A stretch of DNA of 63,306 bases, filler included. It is 4 parts of 4 records of this genome, joined end to end, with 100 filler letters (N's around TTAATTAATTAA, not from the genome) between each part and the next. Parts side by side here need not be neighbours in the genome. Positions count along the whole stretch, not along the records: positions 1 to 21,911 come from SRR31156797_8996; 3 more parts are not named here. The stretch is one strand, 5' to 3'. The notes under the pieces were generated by a model, which was not told the origin of the DNA, ran no database searches, and worked only from the letters and a program-made list of their open reading frames with translations. Made by a program: the position numbers and the translations under genes. Shown in pieces: positions 1-10,082 of the stretch; within the stretch, counting starts at the first letter, position 1; each line of letters starts with the position of its first letter.

Positions 1-45
1 AAGGTTCTCTGGACTCTCCCAAAACTTTTATTGGGCTTCGCCGCC
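1..45. repeat. Partial interspersed repeat at contig 1 left end
   Basis: AAGGTTCTCTGGACTCTCCCAAAACTTTTTATTGGGCTTCGCCG is non-coding and resembles, from memory, the distal half of a Desulfovibrionaceae intergenic repeat. The contig breaks inside it. Confidence 0.4.
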
Positions 46-70
46 TTGAGAAGACAGTTCGTTATCTTTG

Positions 71-2755
71 TTATTGATCTACTTTCACTGTTACTGTTGC
101 TTCCGGTGTTGACTGAGTTGGAATTTCCAGCTTGGCTCCGGCAAAGAACCATTCGGAAGCCACAGTGATGATCGCGGGCATGGCGACCAGTGTCAGGATG
201 CCGGAAGTCAGCATGATTGATGAAAGCAACAGACTTGTAGTACGGTACGGAATCAGGGCCGAAATGAGCATGGGCAGAAAGCCGATGGCAATAACCAGCA
301 CGTTGCGGCTGATGGCCCTTGCCGGAGCACCGTACATGCGGGGCAGGGTTTCCTTCCATGATCCGGTTTTGAAATAGATTTTACGGCTGCGCTCTACAAA
401 ATGGATGGCAAAGTCCACCGACATTCCCAATGTGAGCACACCGAGCACGGCCACAGGCATGTCGTAGTCCTTACCGATAAGACCGATGAATCCATAAATA
501 AAGGCGATGGTGATGGTCAGCGGAACCATGCACAACACCCCCCATTTGAAGGAACGGAAGAGGAAAACAGCCATGAGCAGGACGATGGCGAAACTACCGA
601 GAAAGGAGCGCAGCATGCCTTCCACCATCTGGCTCTGCCAAGCCACGTTGATGTAGGTCAGACCTGCCCAGTTGTGGGAGATGTCGCAAGGCGGAGAATT
701 GCGCTGAAAATAGTCGGCAACAAAAGTCTCCACTGCTTCCATGACCATGTTGTCACCACTGGAAAGCATGAATACCACGCAAGCACCATTGTAATCCGGG
801 GTCACATAATGCCAGAGGTCATGCGGACGATGGCTCTGCTGGAACTGCATGTAGCATTCACCAACTGTCTGCATCTTTTCCGGCACCCGGTAGCTGGCTT
901 CCTCGCCATCGGTCAGTTCCTGATGAATCTTGCTGACCAGATCAGCCGGGGCAATGCTCTTGCCCACCAGTCCGGCTTTGAGGATTTCTTTCTGCAATCC
1001 GGCAAGGTAGCTGAGCATTTCCGGTTGTTTGAAAGGCTTCTGGAGCTCTTTTTCAAGACTGAAGAAGCTGCCGAATTCTTCATACAGATAGAAGTCGTCA
1101 CCCTTGGCCTGCTCAGCCTTGTTGACGGCAAGTTTTGTTGCCTGATCAAGGAAGGGCACATCCGCTGCACGGTCTGACATACCCATCAGCTCAGCCATAA
1201 AATTAACGGCTTTTTGCTCTGCTTCCGGGAATTCGGAAGAGAGTTTCTTGCTGAAGGCTGCAAACTTGTCCGCTAGCTTACGCTTGTCTGAATTGGAAAA
1301 ATGAACTTCAAAATCTTCACTTTCCAGAATCAGATAGGCGGGATAGGTTCCGGCAAAATGCTTGTTCAGGGCCGTATCCGCCAAACGGATGGGATGGCTG
1401 GGTGCAAACCACTTCACCGGGTTGTCGTTGATCTGAATCTTGCTGATGCCCCATGCGGAAACAACCAGCAGGATTAGGAACAGTCCCAGCAATGGCTTAG
1501 CGTAGCGGTAGGAGATTCCCCCGGTTTTTTCCAGAATACGGGACAGCAGTGTGGTTTTTCCGCTGCTATGTTTGTTGAACCCGAAGTTATTGAAGATCCG
1601 GGCTGGAAGGACCATTATATAAGCGGGCACGAACATAATAGTCAGCAGCCAGGCGACCATAATGCCCAGCCCCACAAAAACACCGAATATCTGGACCGGG
1701 GGAATAGGAGTGAGAGCAAGGGAAATAAAACCTGCCGCCGAAGTGAGCGAAGTATAGAGCATGGGCATGAACAGGATGTTCAAAACCTCAACAATAGTCT
1801 CTTTCCTGCCCTTTTCCGGCGTATAGAGGTCAAAGAATTCCGATAAGATATGAATCGAGTCCACCACCGCAATGGACATTAAAAAGACCGGGATCATGGA
1901 GCTCATGATGTGAACTTCAAATCCGCAACCGATCATGGTCCCCATGGTCATGACCACGGAAAGGGTGGCGATAATCATGGGCAGGAAGGTCAGCGAAAGT
2001 TTACGGAAGAAGAAATAGAGAAGCAGGAAGATGGTGCCCATGGCCAACGGCGAGGCAAGACTCATCTCAGTAAACATCTCAATGCCGATGGCATCCTGAG
2101 CTACAGGCAGGCCCGTGATATGGAACTCATCATCGCCGCCCAGCTCTTTAATCTTTTCCTGCAAGGCTGTGTAAACACGGTAGCTCTGGTATTTGTCAGT
2201 CAGGGGCAGGAGGATGCACATGGCCTTGCCATCCTCAGAAGCCATCTGCCCTTTTAACATGGGGTTGGAAAAAACTTTTTCACGCACCGCATCAGCCTGC
2301 GATTGAGTGGACGGCGGGTGCGGCATAAGCCAGTCAAATGAAATGGTGCCCGGCCCTTCCTGAGTGATATGCTCCACCATGGAAGGTGCGATCATATCCA
2401 CCTCAATGACACCGTCCATTTTTGCTGGATCATCAGGTTTTTCCCAGCGCAGGGTCCGGGAAAACTCAGCAAGTTCGTAGATCCGGCTCAGTGTATCCGG
2501 ATTAAAGACACCATGGGGATTCTTTTCATTGATGATTCCGAGAGCCACAATTTCAGAAAGGGCAAACTTCTTTTTGGCGTCGTTATGAAATACCCGTGAA
2601 GGTTCGTCCGCCGGAAGCATATGTTCCGGGTCGGTATCAATGACCACCTTCGGAAAAAAGGAACCGCAAAAAACAGCCAGCAGCAGAAGCATGGCAATTG
2701 TCATCCAGCTTCTTTTAGTGGCAAAAGAGATCAGCATTTGTTTTATTTGATTCAT
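71..2755 (-). CDS. MMPL/RND-superfamily (HAE3-like) membrane transporter
   Basis: 894 aa with two repeats of TM, large periplasmic loop, then ~5 TM. Motifs SIAVVDSIH and GMSVDFAIH match the MMPL GxxxD(Y/F)xxH pattern. Confidence 0.85.
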   Translation of the reverse strand: MNQIKQMLISFATKRSWMTIAMLLLLAVFCGSFFPKVVIDTDPEHMLPADEPSRVFHNDAKKKFALSEIVALGIINEKNPHGVFNPDTLSRIYELAEFSRTLRWEKPDDPAKMDGVIEVDMIAPSMVEHITQEGPGTISFDWLMPHPPSTQSQADAVREKVFSNPMLKGQMASEDGKAMCILLPLTDKYQSYRVYTALQEKIKELGGDDEFHITGLPVAQDAIGIEMFTEMSLASPLAMGTIFLLLYFFFRKLSLTFLPMIIATLSVVMTMGTMIGCGFEVHIMSSMIPVFLMSIAVVDSIHILSEFFDLYTPEKGRKETIVEVLNILFMPMLYTSLTSAAGFISLALTPIPPVQIFGVFVGLGIMVAWLLTIMFVPAYIMVLPARIFNNFGFNKHSSGKTTLLSRILEKTGGISYRYAKPLLGLFLILLVVSAWGISKIQINDNPVKWFAPSHPIRLADTALNKHFAGTYPAYLILESEDFEVHFSNSDKRKLADKFAAFSKKLSSEFPEAEQKAVNFMAELMGMSDRAADVPFLDQATKLAVNKAEQAKGDDFYLYEEFGSFFSLEKELQKPFKQPEMLSYLAGLQKEILKAGLVGKSIAPADLVSKIHQELTDGEEASYRVPEKMQTVGECYMQFQQSHRPHDLWHYVTPDYNGACVVFMLSSGDNMVMEAVETFVADYFQRNSPPCDISHNWAGLTYINVAWQSQMVEGMLRSFLGSFAIVLLMAVFLFRSFKWGVLCMVPLTITIAFIYGFIGLIGKDYDMPVAVLGVLTLGMSVDFAIHFVERSRKIYFKTGSWKETLPRMYGAPARAISRNVLVIAIGFLPMLISALIPYRTTSLLLSSIMLTSGILTLVAMPAIITVASEWFFAGAKLEIPTQSTPEATVTVKVDQ

Positions 2756-2863
2756 GTATTATTCCTCGGCTTACTAAATTTAGCTAAGCAACTTAACCAT
2801 TATTACACATTACACCCAAACAGAAACATCCTCTGCCTTAGCAATAGCCCGGTCTAAAAACCA

Positions 2864-2898
2864 AAACTACTCCCAAGAAAACAAGAATTACCCCATTC
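2864..2898 (-). promoter_or_regulatory. Putative AraC-type tandem binding site upstream of MMPL gene
   Basis: On +, TAC(T/C)CC half-sites at 2868 and 2889 are 21 bp apart. The same arrangement occurs at 4318/4339 and 6598/6619. Confidence 0.5.
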
Positions 2899-2991
2899 GC
2901 AAAAGCCAAAAGTAGAGGCTGCACCAGAGACACGTGCAGCCTTTACCGCCCCGGGCTACAAGCCCGGAACTAGTCATTCACAATCAATCCA

Positions 2992-4257
2992 CTAACCGGA
3001 AGATTCAACCATGCGGGACGCACCGGGCCTGCCCTCATGGCGGCAGGCGATTTCAGCCACCATGAACCCGGCAAAACAAAGCAGTCCCAGAAGAATGTAA
3101 AGCCCCTCCATGCCCAGCAAATCACCAATATGCCCAAAAATAGGAGACGCGGCCATGGGCACAATGATAAACAGGCTGCTCAGCACCGCAAACCCAGTTC
3201 CGGCATTACGTCCGGCGCTGACCTTCATCATCAGGGTAAAGCTCCAGACCATAACCGCACCGATGAGGATATTATCAATGCTCAGCAACAATGCTGCCTG
3301 CCAGTACGGAATGACACCGGACTGAGCTGCAAAAACCGTATATGCAGCCAGCAGGATCACCGTTGAGCAGAATACCCGCAAGAAAGCACGTCCCCCGACA
3401 CGGTGTAAAAACCAGCCGCTGAGAAAGGTCCCGGCCAACCCGGCGGGATAGGCATAATGCATGAGAATAGTCCCCACAGAGCGGGAATCAAAGCCCATAT
3501 CGACCAGCAAGGGGGTGCGCATCTGCACGGATGTAAAAGCAAATGCAGTAGGAGCGATCAGCACGGGGAGTACTCTGAGCACTTCACGCCTTTTAAGGAA
3601 GGCCAACACCCCTTCCCCGCTGCTATCCTCATCCGCCGGGTTGCATTTAAGGGGATCAATCTCCCGGTGAAATAAAACCGGAAGGCTGAAGGAGAAGACT
3701 ACAGCGGAAAGGAACAGACAGAGGGTCTGCCAGCCGAAATTTGAATTCATGAAAAGCATTACCCCGCCCCCGAGCATCAACCCGGCAAAACGGGCCGCAG
3801 ACTGGATGGAGTTACCCCATGGACGCTCACCCTTTTCCAGAATATCCGTAGCATAGCCGTCCACAGCAATATCATTGGTAGCCATAACGCAACTCAGCAA
3901 AAATAGAAGAACATACATCAAGGCAAAATCTTTATCCGGCGGAAAATATGAAACGCCGACCAACAATGCGGCGCCAATCCATTGCAGGGGAAAAATCCAT
4001 GACTTGCGCCTGCCCAACGCAGGTATATATTTACGGTCAACCCATGAAGCGCCCAGGAATTTCAAGGCCCAAGGTAAGTGTAGGGCAAAAACCGCCCCTA
4101 CAGCCTTCAGGTTCACTCCCTGTTCGCGCAGGATCACCGGAAGGCAGCCGAATACATATCCCAGCGGAATAGCCTGACATAAATACATGCTGGCCAAAAG
4201 AAAAAACTTGAGCAGTTTTGAAGACTTACGATCAACGACATTGTTTGAAATATCCAT
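2992..4257 (-). CDS. MFS transporter, AmpG/RhtX/FptX (siderophore permease) family
   Basis: 421 aa, ~12 TM. Motifs LPWALKFLGASWVD, GRRKSW and ATNDIAVDG are typical of AmpG/FptX. It lies next to a TonB-dependent receptor. Confidence 0.85.
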   Translation of the reverse strand: MDISNNVVDRKSSKLLKFFLLASMYLCQAIPLGYVFGCLPVILREQGVNLKAVGAVFALHLPWALKFLGASWVDRKYIPALGRRKSWIFPLQWIGAALLVGVSYFPPDKDFALMYVLLFLLSCVMATNDIAVDGYATDILEKGERPWGNSIQSAARFAGLMLGGGVMLFMNSNFGWQTLCLFLSAVVFSFSLPVLFHREIDPLKCNPADEDSSGEGVLAFLKRREVLRVLPVLIAPTAFAFTSVQMRTPLLVDMGFDSRSVGTILMHYAYPAGLAGTFLSGWFLHRVGGRAFLRVFCSTVILLAAYTVFAAQSGVIPYWQAALLLSIDNILIGAVMVWSFTLMMKVSAGRNAGTGFAVLSSLFIIVPMAASPIFGHIGDLLGMEGLYILLGLLCFAGFMVAEIACRHEGRPGASRMVESSG

Positions 4258-4289
4258 CTCATTTCTCCTTATCCTCTCCTTGCGACTCT

Positions 4290-4350
4290 CTTATAGCAAG
4301 CAAACGAAAACGATTTCCACTCTCAAAAAGAGGTTTTTTACCCAAAAATG
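4290..4350 (-). promoter_or_regulatory. Promoter (extended -10 TGcTATAAG) with tandem AraC-type sites
   Basis: Minus-strand TGCTATAAG at 4290-4298. Half-sites CACTCTCAAAA (4318) and TACCCAAAAA (4339) are 21 bp apart and abut the expected -35 position. Confidence 0.5.
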
Positions 4351-4379
4351 CGGGCGCCACACGCCCAGACTGTACTGAA

Positions 4380-6503
4380 CTAAAATCGGTAATCTATAGA
4401 GATGCCGAAAGTCCTCGGCTCACCGTCTTCAGCCAGCCCTGCGGAAACGTTCTCCATAAGCACGTATTCACGATCCAACAGGTTCTTGGACCAAAGGTAA
4501 ACGTCCAGATGTTCACCTTCCACACCAACCTTAAGATTAACCAGTTCGTAAGGATCTTCCTTGACCGTATTAGCGTCGTCAAAATAACGGGACCCGATTC
4601 CCACCAGTTCAGCACGGCCGAAGAGTCCCCAATCCCCGATGATATTGCGACGGTAATCAGTGGCAACGGTGTAAGTGTAATCCGGCACGCCAAAAACACG
4701 GTTACCTTTGTAATCTTCACCGTCCGATGGCGAATAGTTATCGAATTCAGCTTCCATCCAAGTGAACGTACCGCTCAGGTTCAAACCTTCCATGAGCACA
4801 AAACGCGAATCAACTTCCACGCCCATACGGTGGGAACGTCCGGCATTGGCAGTGTAGGACTGCATGGAATCAGTCATGAACAGAGGCAGCTGCTCATCAT
4901 CAATGACGGTATAGAAACCGCTGACATTGAAGTTCAAACTGTTATCGAAAAAAACGGACTTAAAACCGATTTCATACAACCAGCTGTCCTCTTCGCCATA
5001 GGCCTGATGATCATCCGGGGCCGAGGCGTCGTTAAAACCCCCGGCACGATGGGCCCGGGCTACGGTACCGTATAAAGTCTGATCTTCGCTGAGATGCCAT
5101 GCCAGTGCGAACTTGGGAAGGAGCTTTGAAAAACTGTTGGAAGCATCACGATCCACAAGGGTTGTTTCCGATCCCCCGGCTGGAGTCTGCCCTTTATAGC
5201 TGTCTGCAGAAGCGTATTCATATTCGTAGCGCAAGCCCACGGTGAGGTCGAAATCATCCCAAAAAGTATAAGTCCCCTGCCCGAAGACAGCCCCGCCTGC
5301 GTTATCCTTGTCGGTCTTAAATCTCAGGTTTGATCCCGGCGCATTGGAGTCAGCAACGTACAGGTTGAGGGTCTCGGTGTTGGATTTTAAAAGAAAAAAA
5401 TGCCCCCCAGCCAACCAATCCAGCGGACCATTGTCTTCGAGGGAAGCGAAACGAAATTCCTGCGAAAAATCACTGTCTTCCAAATTGTAATTCTTGCGCA
5501 TCATATCCGCAGGGGTGAAGTCGCCATCGATCTTCTCCTTGCTGTCAAAATACCTGTATCCGGTCACGGAATGGAGTTTCCCGTAATTTGTCTGGTATTC
5601 TGAGTTGAGGGCCACGCCCCAACAATCGTTCTTCTGGCTGCCCTCGTAGTCATGAGAGTAGTGGTAAGGATCATCCACCCCGTATTTGCCGGACTGAACA
5701 AAGGAGTTCCGCTCGGTACGACGCATGGTGTAGGCCCCGTCATCATGGTTCTGGATATCGAAGGAAAAAGTCATATCCAGATCATCAGTCGGCAGATACC
5801 GCAATTTTAAACGGCCGGATTTACCATCCTGATGGCGACCGTCATCCCCGTCCGTGGGGGTGTCGTTCTCCATGTAACCGTCTTTAAAGGCCCCCAGACC
5901 ATAAACTCCCAGAAACAATTTATCCTCAACTACAGGCCCGGACCAGCTGGCCCGGAATTCCTTACTGTTGTAGTTTCCGAACTCCGCGCCGATGGTACTT
6001 TCAATCCCATTTCCGGGCTGCTTGGTGTAGACATTGATGACCCCGCCCATGGTGTTGCGACCGTACAGGGTTCCCTGCGGTCCCTTGAGCACTTCAACCT
6101 GCTGCACATCAAAAAGCGGAAAATTGAACATGTAGGATTTTGAAAAGTTAACCCCGTCCACAAAATAACCGGTGGCAGGTTCGGCATTGGGCAAACTCTT
6201 AATCCCGCGTAAAAACATGAATCCGTGCCTGCGGCTGCCGAAATCACTGAACTCAAGGTTTGGAACATGTAAGGCCAAGTCATCAGTATCCTTGATATCC
6301 ATATCCTTAAGTTCAATCTCATCGAGAGCGACTATACTTGCCGGGACATCCTGCGCTTTCTGGGTCCGCTTCTGAGCTTTTACTGTTACGGCTTCAAGAT
6401 ATAGACCGTCTGAGGTTGCGTTATGGGCCAACGCAGAGGTTGAGATGAAACAGAAAGTCATTATCAATATAAAACTAGTTTTAAACTGAACATTTATGAA
6501 CAT
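4380..6503 (-). CDS. TonB-dependent receptor (FyuA/pesticin-receptor-like siderophore receptor)
   Basis: Signal peptide, TonB box (LEAVTVKAQKR), plug motif VEVLKGPQGTLYGRNTMGGVIN, C-terminal IDYRF. Confidence 0.93.
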   Translation of the reverse strand: MFINVQFKTSFILIMTFCFISTSALAHNATSDGLYLEAVTVKAQKRTQKAQDVPASIVALDEIELKDMDIKDTDDLALHVPNLEFSDFGSRRHGFMFLRGIKSLPNAEPATGYFVDGVNFSKSYMFNFPLFDVQQVEVLKGPQGTLYGRNTMGGVINVYTKQPGNGIESTIGAEFGNYNSKEFRASWSGPVVEDKLFLGVYGLGAFKDGYMENDTPTDGDDGRHQDGKSGRLKLRYLPTDDLDMTFSFDIQNHDDGAYTMRRTERNSFVQSGKYGVDDPYHYSHDYEGSQKNDCWGVALNSEYQTNYGKLHSVTGYRYFDSKEKIDGDFTPADMMRKNYNLEDSDFSQEFRFASLEDNGPLDWLAGGHFFLLKSNTETLNLYVADSNAPGSNLRFKTDKDNAGGAVFGQGTYTFWDDFDLTVGLRYEYEYASADSYKGQTPAGGSETTLVDRDASNSFSKLLPKFALAWHLSEDQTLYGTVARAHRAGGFNDASAPDDHQAYGEEDSWLYEIGFKSVFFDNSLNFNVSGFYTVIDDEQLPLFMTDSMQSYTANAGRSHRMGVEVDSRFVLMEGLNLSGTFTWMEAEFDNYSPSDGEDYKGNRVFGVPDYTYTVATDYRRNIIGDWGLFGRAELVGIGSRYFDDANTVKEDPYELVNLKVGVEGEHLDVYLWSKNLLDREYVLMENVSAGLAEDGEPRTFGISIDYRF

Positions 6504-6594
6504 ACCTTCTCCATAGTGCTGATTTTGCAGTTCAGCGCAGCAAAATGTGCTGAAACATACATGCTCGGCAAATATGGAGAATTAAATCCCGGCA

Positions 6595-6630
6595 AACTAC
6601 CCTGAAAACAATATTTTTTACCCAGAAACG
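6595..6630 (-). promoter_or_regulatory. Putative AraC-type tandem binding site upstream of TonB-dependent receptor
   Basis: TACCCTGAAAAC (6598) and TACCCAGAAACG (6619) form a direct repeat with 21-bp period. Confidence 0.55.
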
Positions 6631-6644
6631 CCACAATTAAATAT

Positions 6645-6680
6645 AAAAAAACCGCATTATCAATATTGACAATGCGGTTT
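6645..6680 (-). terminator. Rho-independent terminator after AraC gene
   Basis: AAACCGCATT...AATGCGGTTT stem with inner TCAAT/ATTGA pairing, followed by a T-run on the minus strand. Confidence 0.65.
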
Positions 6681-6700
6681 AAATAAATACAACATAAAAT

Positions 6701-7741
6701 TCAGCCCATACTTGCATAACCGGAAACCAAAGTTACATTTCTCCTATCACGTACTGAAGTCAAAAACTTCTTAGGAAGGATTCCATATCTCTTCTTAAAA
6801 GCAGCACTAAAATGACTTAAATTGGTATAGCCCAAGGCCCACGCAACCTCACTTACGTTCATATCACCATCTGCAAAGAGCATCCGGGCCTTACGCAGTT
6901 TGTATTCCTTAAGAAAGGCAAAAACCGTCATGCCGTAAAGTTCCTGAAAACCGGCCTGAATTTTGGTTACACTCATCATATGTGAACTGGCCAGCTCAGC
7001 CATCGTCGGCGGAGAGTCAAATTTTTCCTTAAGTTCCTGTTGTATAACCCTGATCTGCTCAATTTCCCGCACACATAACCCGGAACTGCGAACCCTTTCC
7101 GGAGACTCAAGTTTCATGACCTGCAAACCGATCAGCTCCAAGGCCTTACCCTCAAGATAAATCCGGCTGCACTTACCGCCCACAAGACCATAGAACAATT
7201 CATTAGCTGCAGCCTGAACCATCGGGTCCATGGTATGATGCAAGAAAAATTCATGATCGGACCGATTCTCCAAGGCCCCCCTTAAATCTTCATGAATTAT
7301 ATCCATATCCACCGATAATAAATCATGAAGCAATTCCAGGCTGATATGCAGATGAATAATCCGGGTACGTCCCAAAGCCGCAGTTTCCACCATCCCGGCC
7401 ATTTCACGGAAAAACCCCAACCCTCCGCTGCCCGCAAAGTTATCCACCCGCAACGGCCCCAGCGCGGTCTCATGCATGTTGTTAACAATTGCCCCTTCCA
7501 GAAAGAAACCAAAATCAATAAAATTATTCTTCTTCTGGTAACTAAAAGATAAATCCCGGGAAAGCGTGACATCAAAGGAACTAACCCGCAGCCCCGGCCT
7601 CAATTCCAGCTCCCGCCAGACAGGTTCGCTTCCTGATTCACACCCATTAACAGTATCAAATTCACGCACCGCACTATTCCGTGAAGCTTCTTCAATTCCC
7701 CAGCAACCTTTATTTATCGCAGAAAAAGTTCTATCCACCAT
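6701..7741 (-). CDS. AraC-family transcriptional regulator (PchR/YbtA-like)
   Basis: C-terminal double HTH (MNVSEVAWALGYTNLSHFSAAFKKRYG) and YLEGKALEL motif. ATG at 7741 chosen because an AGGAG RBS precedes it. Confidence 0.9.
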   Translation of the reverse strand: MVDRTFSAINKGCWGIEEASRNSAVREFDTVNGCESGSEPVWRELELRPGLRVSSFDVTLSRDLSFSYQKKNNFIDFGFFLEGAIVNNMHETALGPLRVDNFAGSGGLGFFREMAGMVETAALGRTRIIHLHISLELLHDLLSVDMDIIHEDLRGALENRSDHEFFLHHTMDPMVQAAANELFYGLVGGKCSRIYLEGKALELIGLQVMKLESPERVRSSGLCVREIEQIRVIQQELKEKFDSPPTMAELASSHMMSVTKIQAGFQELYGMTVFAFLKEYKLRKARMLFADGDMNVSEVAWALGYTNLSHFSAAFKKRYGILPKKFLTSVRDRRNVTLVSGYASMG

Positions 7742-7765
7742 TATCAACTCCTGACAATTTTGCGT

Positions 7766-7787
7766 CTTTGATCTTGATTATCAATTT
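7766..7787 (-). promoter_or_regulatory. Fur box-like site upstream of AraC gene
   Basis: Minus-strand TTGATAATCAAGATCAA resembles the GATAATCATTATC core and the deltaproteobacterial WTGAAAATNATTTTCAW consensus. Confidence 0.6.
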
Positions 7788-7837
7788 CCTTTAGGGGTCA
7801 AAAGTACAGTTAAGCAGCTACACTGTCAAGAGATGGA

Positions 7838-9013
7838 CTACTGATTTCCTTTTGGCAATGGTTCAAAGGAGCCCAAATTTTTCAAAGCCGACAAACTGTT
7901 TTGCGCATAATAGCCGTAATCATTGTCATTGCCGATGGCTGAAAATTCACGCAATGCGAGACCCCAATCCCGTTGTTCCCAAGCGCAAAGTGCGGAATAG
8001 AAATGAGCTTCAGGATTTGCTGCATTTTTCCCAATAATTCCAATCAGAAGATCCCCAGCCTTGCTGAAATCACGGGCCGCATAATAAATTCGTGCCTTTT
8101 CAAGGAGCATTTCCCCGGCCTCAACTCTGCCGAGCACCCGCAGGGCCTCTGAATTCCGCCCTGCTGTAACATAAAGTGAAGCGGTGCTTAAAGCCTGCCC
8201 GGACTCAAGCTCTGCCCCGCAAGCACGCTCACTCACGATAGCAGCACGTAAATTGGCTCCAGCATAGCGATAAAGCGCGGCCAACCGCTGCAACTCTTCA
8301 AGAGACACGGCCTTGAATAAATAGCAGATTTCAAGAGCTGTAGCAGCTTTGAGATACATATTACGGTCCATATGAACCTTGGCCAGCATTTCCCAATAAA
8401 CAGCTTGTGCGGGATTCTTTTCCAGCAAGAAATACAGAATCTTTTCCGCTTTCCCCAGCTGACCAGATTGAATAAATGAATGAACTCCAAGCCTGATCCA
8501 TTCTTCCTTACATCCATCTTGACGCAACAGCCGGTCCATAACCTCTGCGCAAACGGTATAATCCCCACCGGCATAATACGCAGCCCCGGCCTGATAAAGA
8601 AGCTGCGGGGCCACAGGTTCGGAGAGCCTGTAGGATTTGCTAAACATAGAAGCTGCCTCTTTAAAACAATCCTGCCCATAAAGAAGAATTGCGCAATTAA
8701 GGCAAAGCTTGCTGTTTTGCGGATATGCTGCATAACCCTTTTTGAAAATCTCCAGTGCAAGAAACTCCTTTCCATTACGATGATATGCTGCGCCAAGAAA
8801 CAGAAACACTTCCGCAGGTATTTTTTCAGAACTGTTCAGCAGATATTTATCCAAAACCTGAACCGCCTCACTAAACTTATCATCCTTAATAAACTTATCC
8901 GCTTGAAAAAGGGCCTGCCTTGCTCCCGGCGGCAATTTTCCAGCATGGGCAACAACAGAAATAAAAACCAGCAGGCTGCATATGAATGTAATAAGTAGAG
9001 GTTGTAATTTCAT
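7838..9013 (-). CDS. Periplasmic TPR protein (TtpD-like) of TonB operon
   Basis: Signal peptide and multiple TPR-like helical repeats. Last gene of the exbB-exbD-tonB operon, with a 4-bp overlap. Confidence 0.75.
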   Translation of the reverse strand: MKLQPLLITFICSLLVFISVVAHAGKLPPGARQALFQADKFIKDDKFSEAVQVLDKYLLNSSEKIPAEVFLFLGAAYHRNGKEFLALEIFKKGYAAYPQNSKLCLNCAILLYGQDCFKEAASMFSKSYRLSEPVAPQLLYQAGAAYYAGGDYTVCAEVMDRLLRQDGCKEEWIRLGVHSFIQSGQLGKAEKILYFLLEKNPAQAVYWEMLAKVHMDRNMYLKAATALEICYLFKAVSLEELQRLAALYRYAGANLRAAIVSERACGAELESGQALSTASLYVTAGRNSEALRVLGRVEAGEMLLEKARIYYAARDFSKAGDLLIGIIGKNAANPEAHFYSALCAWEQRDWGLALREFSAIGNDNDYGYYAQNSLSALKNLGSFEPLPKGNQ

Positions 9014-9672
9014 CGATTCAACTCAAAATTAAAAGGAATAAGCACCCAGGTGGAAACAGCTTTACCTTCATAGCGCCCCGGCTTGAACATCCAGCACCGG
9101 GCCGCGCCAAGAGCCGCTTTATCGAATACCCCTTCAGGTGTAGAGGAATACACAGACATACGCTCCGGCCGACCCTCAGTATTGACCAGCAAACGCACGA
9201 CCACCTTACCTTCCACCCTATTGCGCTTGGCCCCATAGGGGTATTCAGGGGGCAGACTGCGCAGGACCTGCGGTTTCACATCAACTTCATCAATATTAAA
9301 ACCAAGCCCGCCCAGCCCGGACATTTCCGGCAGAGCAAGCCCACCGCCCAGAAGCGGGTTCAAATCCGCTGAAAAGACAGGTAGCTGCAGATCCATAGCC
9401 GATCTGGGGGCTGCGGCTTGCCTGTTCATGGAAAATTCCTTGAGCAGTTTTTTGGGCGGTTCCGGCTTGCTTTCCGGAGGTCTTTGGTCATCTTCCGGCT
9501 CGCGGTCCGGTTCGGGCTGGGACAGCCGGATTGTTCTCTCGACAATTTCATCCAGCACCGGACGCTGAGTCTCAGAAAGAAAAGTCATGCTGAAGCTGAT
9601 CAAACCGGCCACAGCCAGAGCCAGAATCAGGCAGGTGGAATATTCCCGCATACCGCGCTTAAGTGAAATCAC
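9010..9672 (-). CDS. tonB: Energy transducer TonB
   Basis: N-terminal TM, Pro/Glu-rich linker, C-terminal PEYPYGAKRNRVEGKV...FDKAAL...WMFKPG. Start is GTG 9672 (coupled to the exbD stop) or ATG 9651; the ORF-track start at 9723 is over-extended. Confidence 0.9.
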   Translation of the reverse strand: MISLKRGMREYSTCLILALAVAGLISFSMTFLSETQRPVLDEIVERTIRLSQPEPDREPEDDQRPPESKPEPPKKLLKEFSMNRQAAAPRSAMDLQLPVFSADLNPLLGGGLALPEMSGLGGLGFNIDEVDVKPQVLRSLPPEYPYGAKRNRVEGKVVVRLLVNTEGRPERMSVYSSTPEGVFDKAALGAARCWMFKPGRYEGKAVSTWVLIPFNFELNR

Positions 9673-10079
9673 TGCGGTTTCCTTGCCGAAACGCTGATAT
9701 TTTTGACCCCGGCCAGACGGCATTGATCCAGAACCTGAACCAATATCCCAGTCATGCTGGATTTATCAGCCACGATCACAGCCGAGCCTTCAGGGTTGTC
9801 GGACAAAAAACGCTCCATATAGGCCCGCACCGAACGGATATCCAATGAACGTCCTTCCACGAAAATCTGCCCCTGCTCGGTCAGGCCGAGGATAACCCCG
9901 GCTTTTTCCTTGCTCTGAGCAGTTTCTGCTGATGGACGATCCACCTCCACTCCGGCTTCACGCACAAAACTGGTAGTCACGATAAAAAAAATGAGCAGGA
10001 TAAAGACCATATCAATGAGCGGGGTCATATTCACCTCGCTCCTGCCCGAACGGAGCCTTCTGTTATTGCGAATATCCAT
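9669..10079 (-). CDS. exbD: Biopolymer transporter ExbD
   Basis: NMTPLIDMVFILLIFFIVT signature. Confidence 0.95.
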   Translation of the reverse strand: MDIRNNRRLRSGRSEVNMTPLIDMVFILLIFFIVTTSFVREAGVEVDRPSAETAQSKEKAGVILGLTEQGQIFVEGRSLDIRSVRAYMERFLSDNPEGSAVIVADKSSMTGILVQVLDQCRLAGVKNISVSARKPQ

Positions 10080-10082
10080 AAG

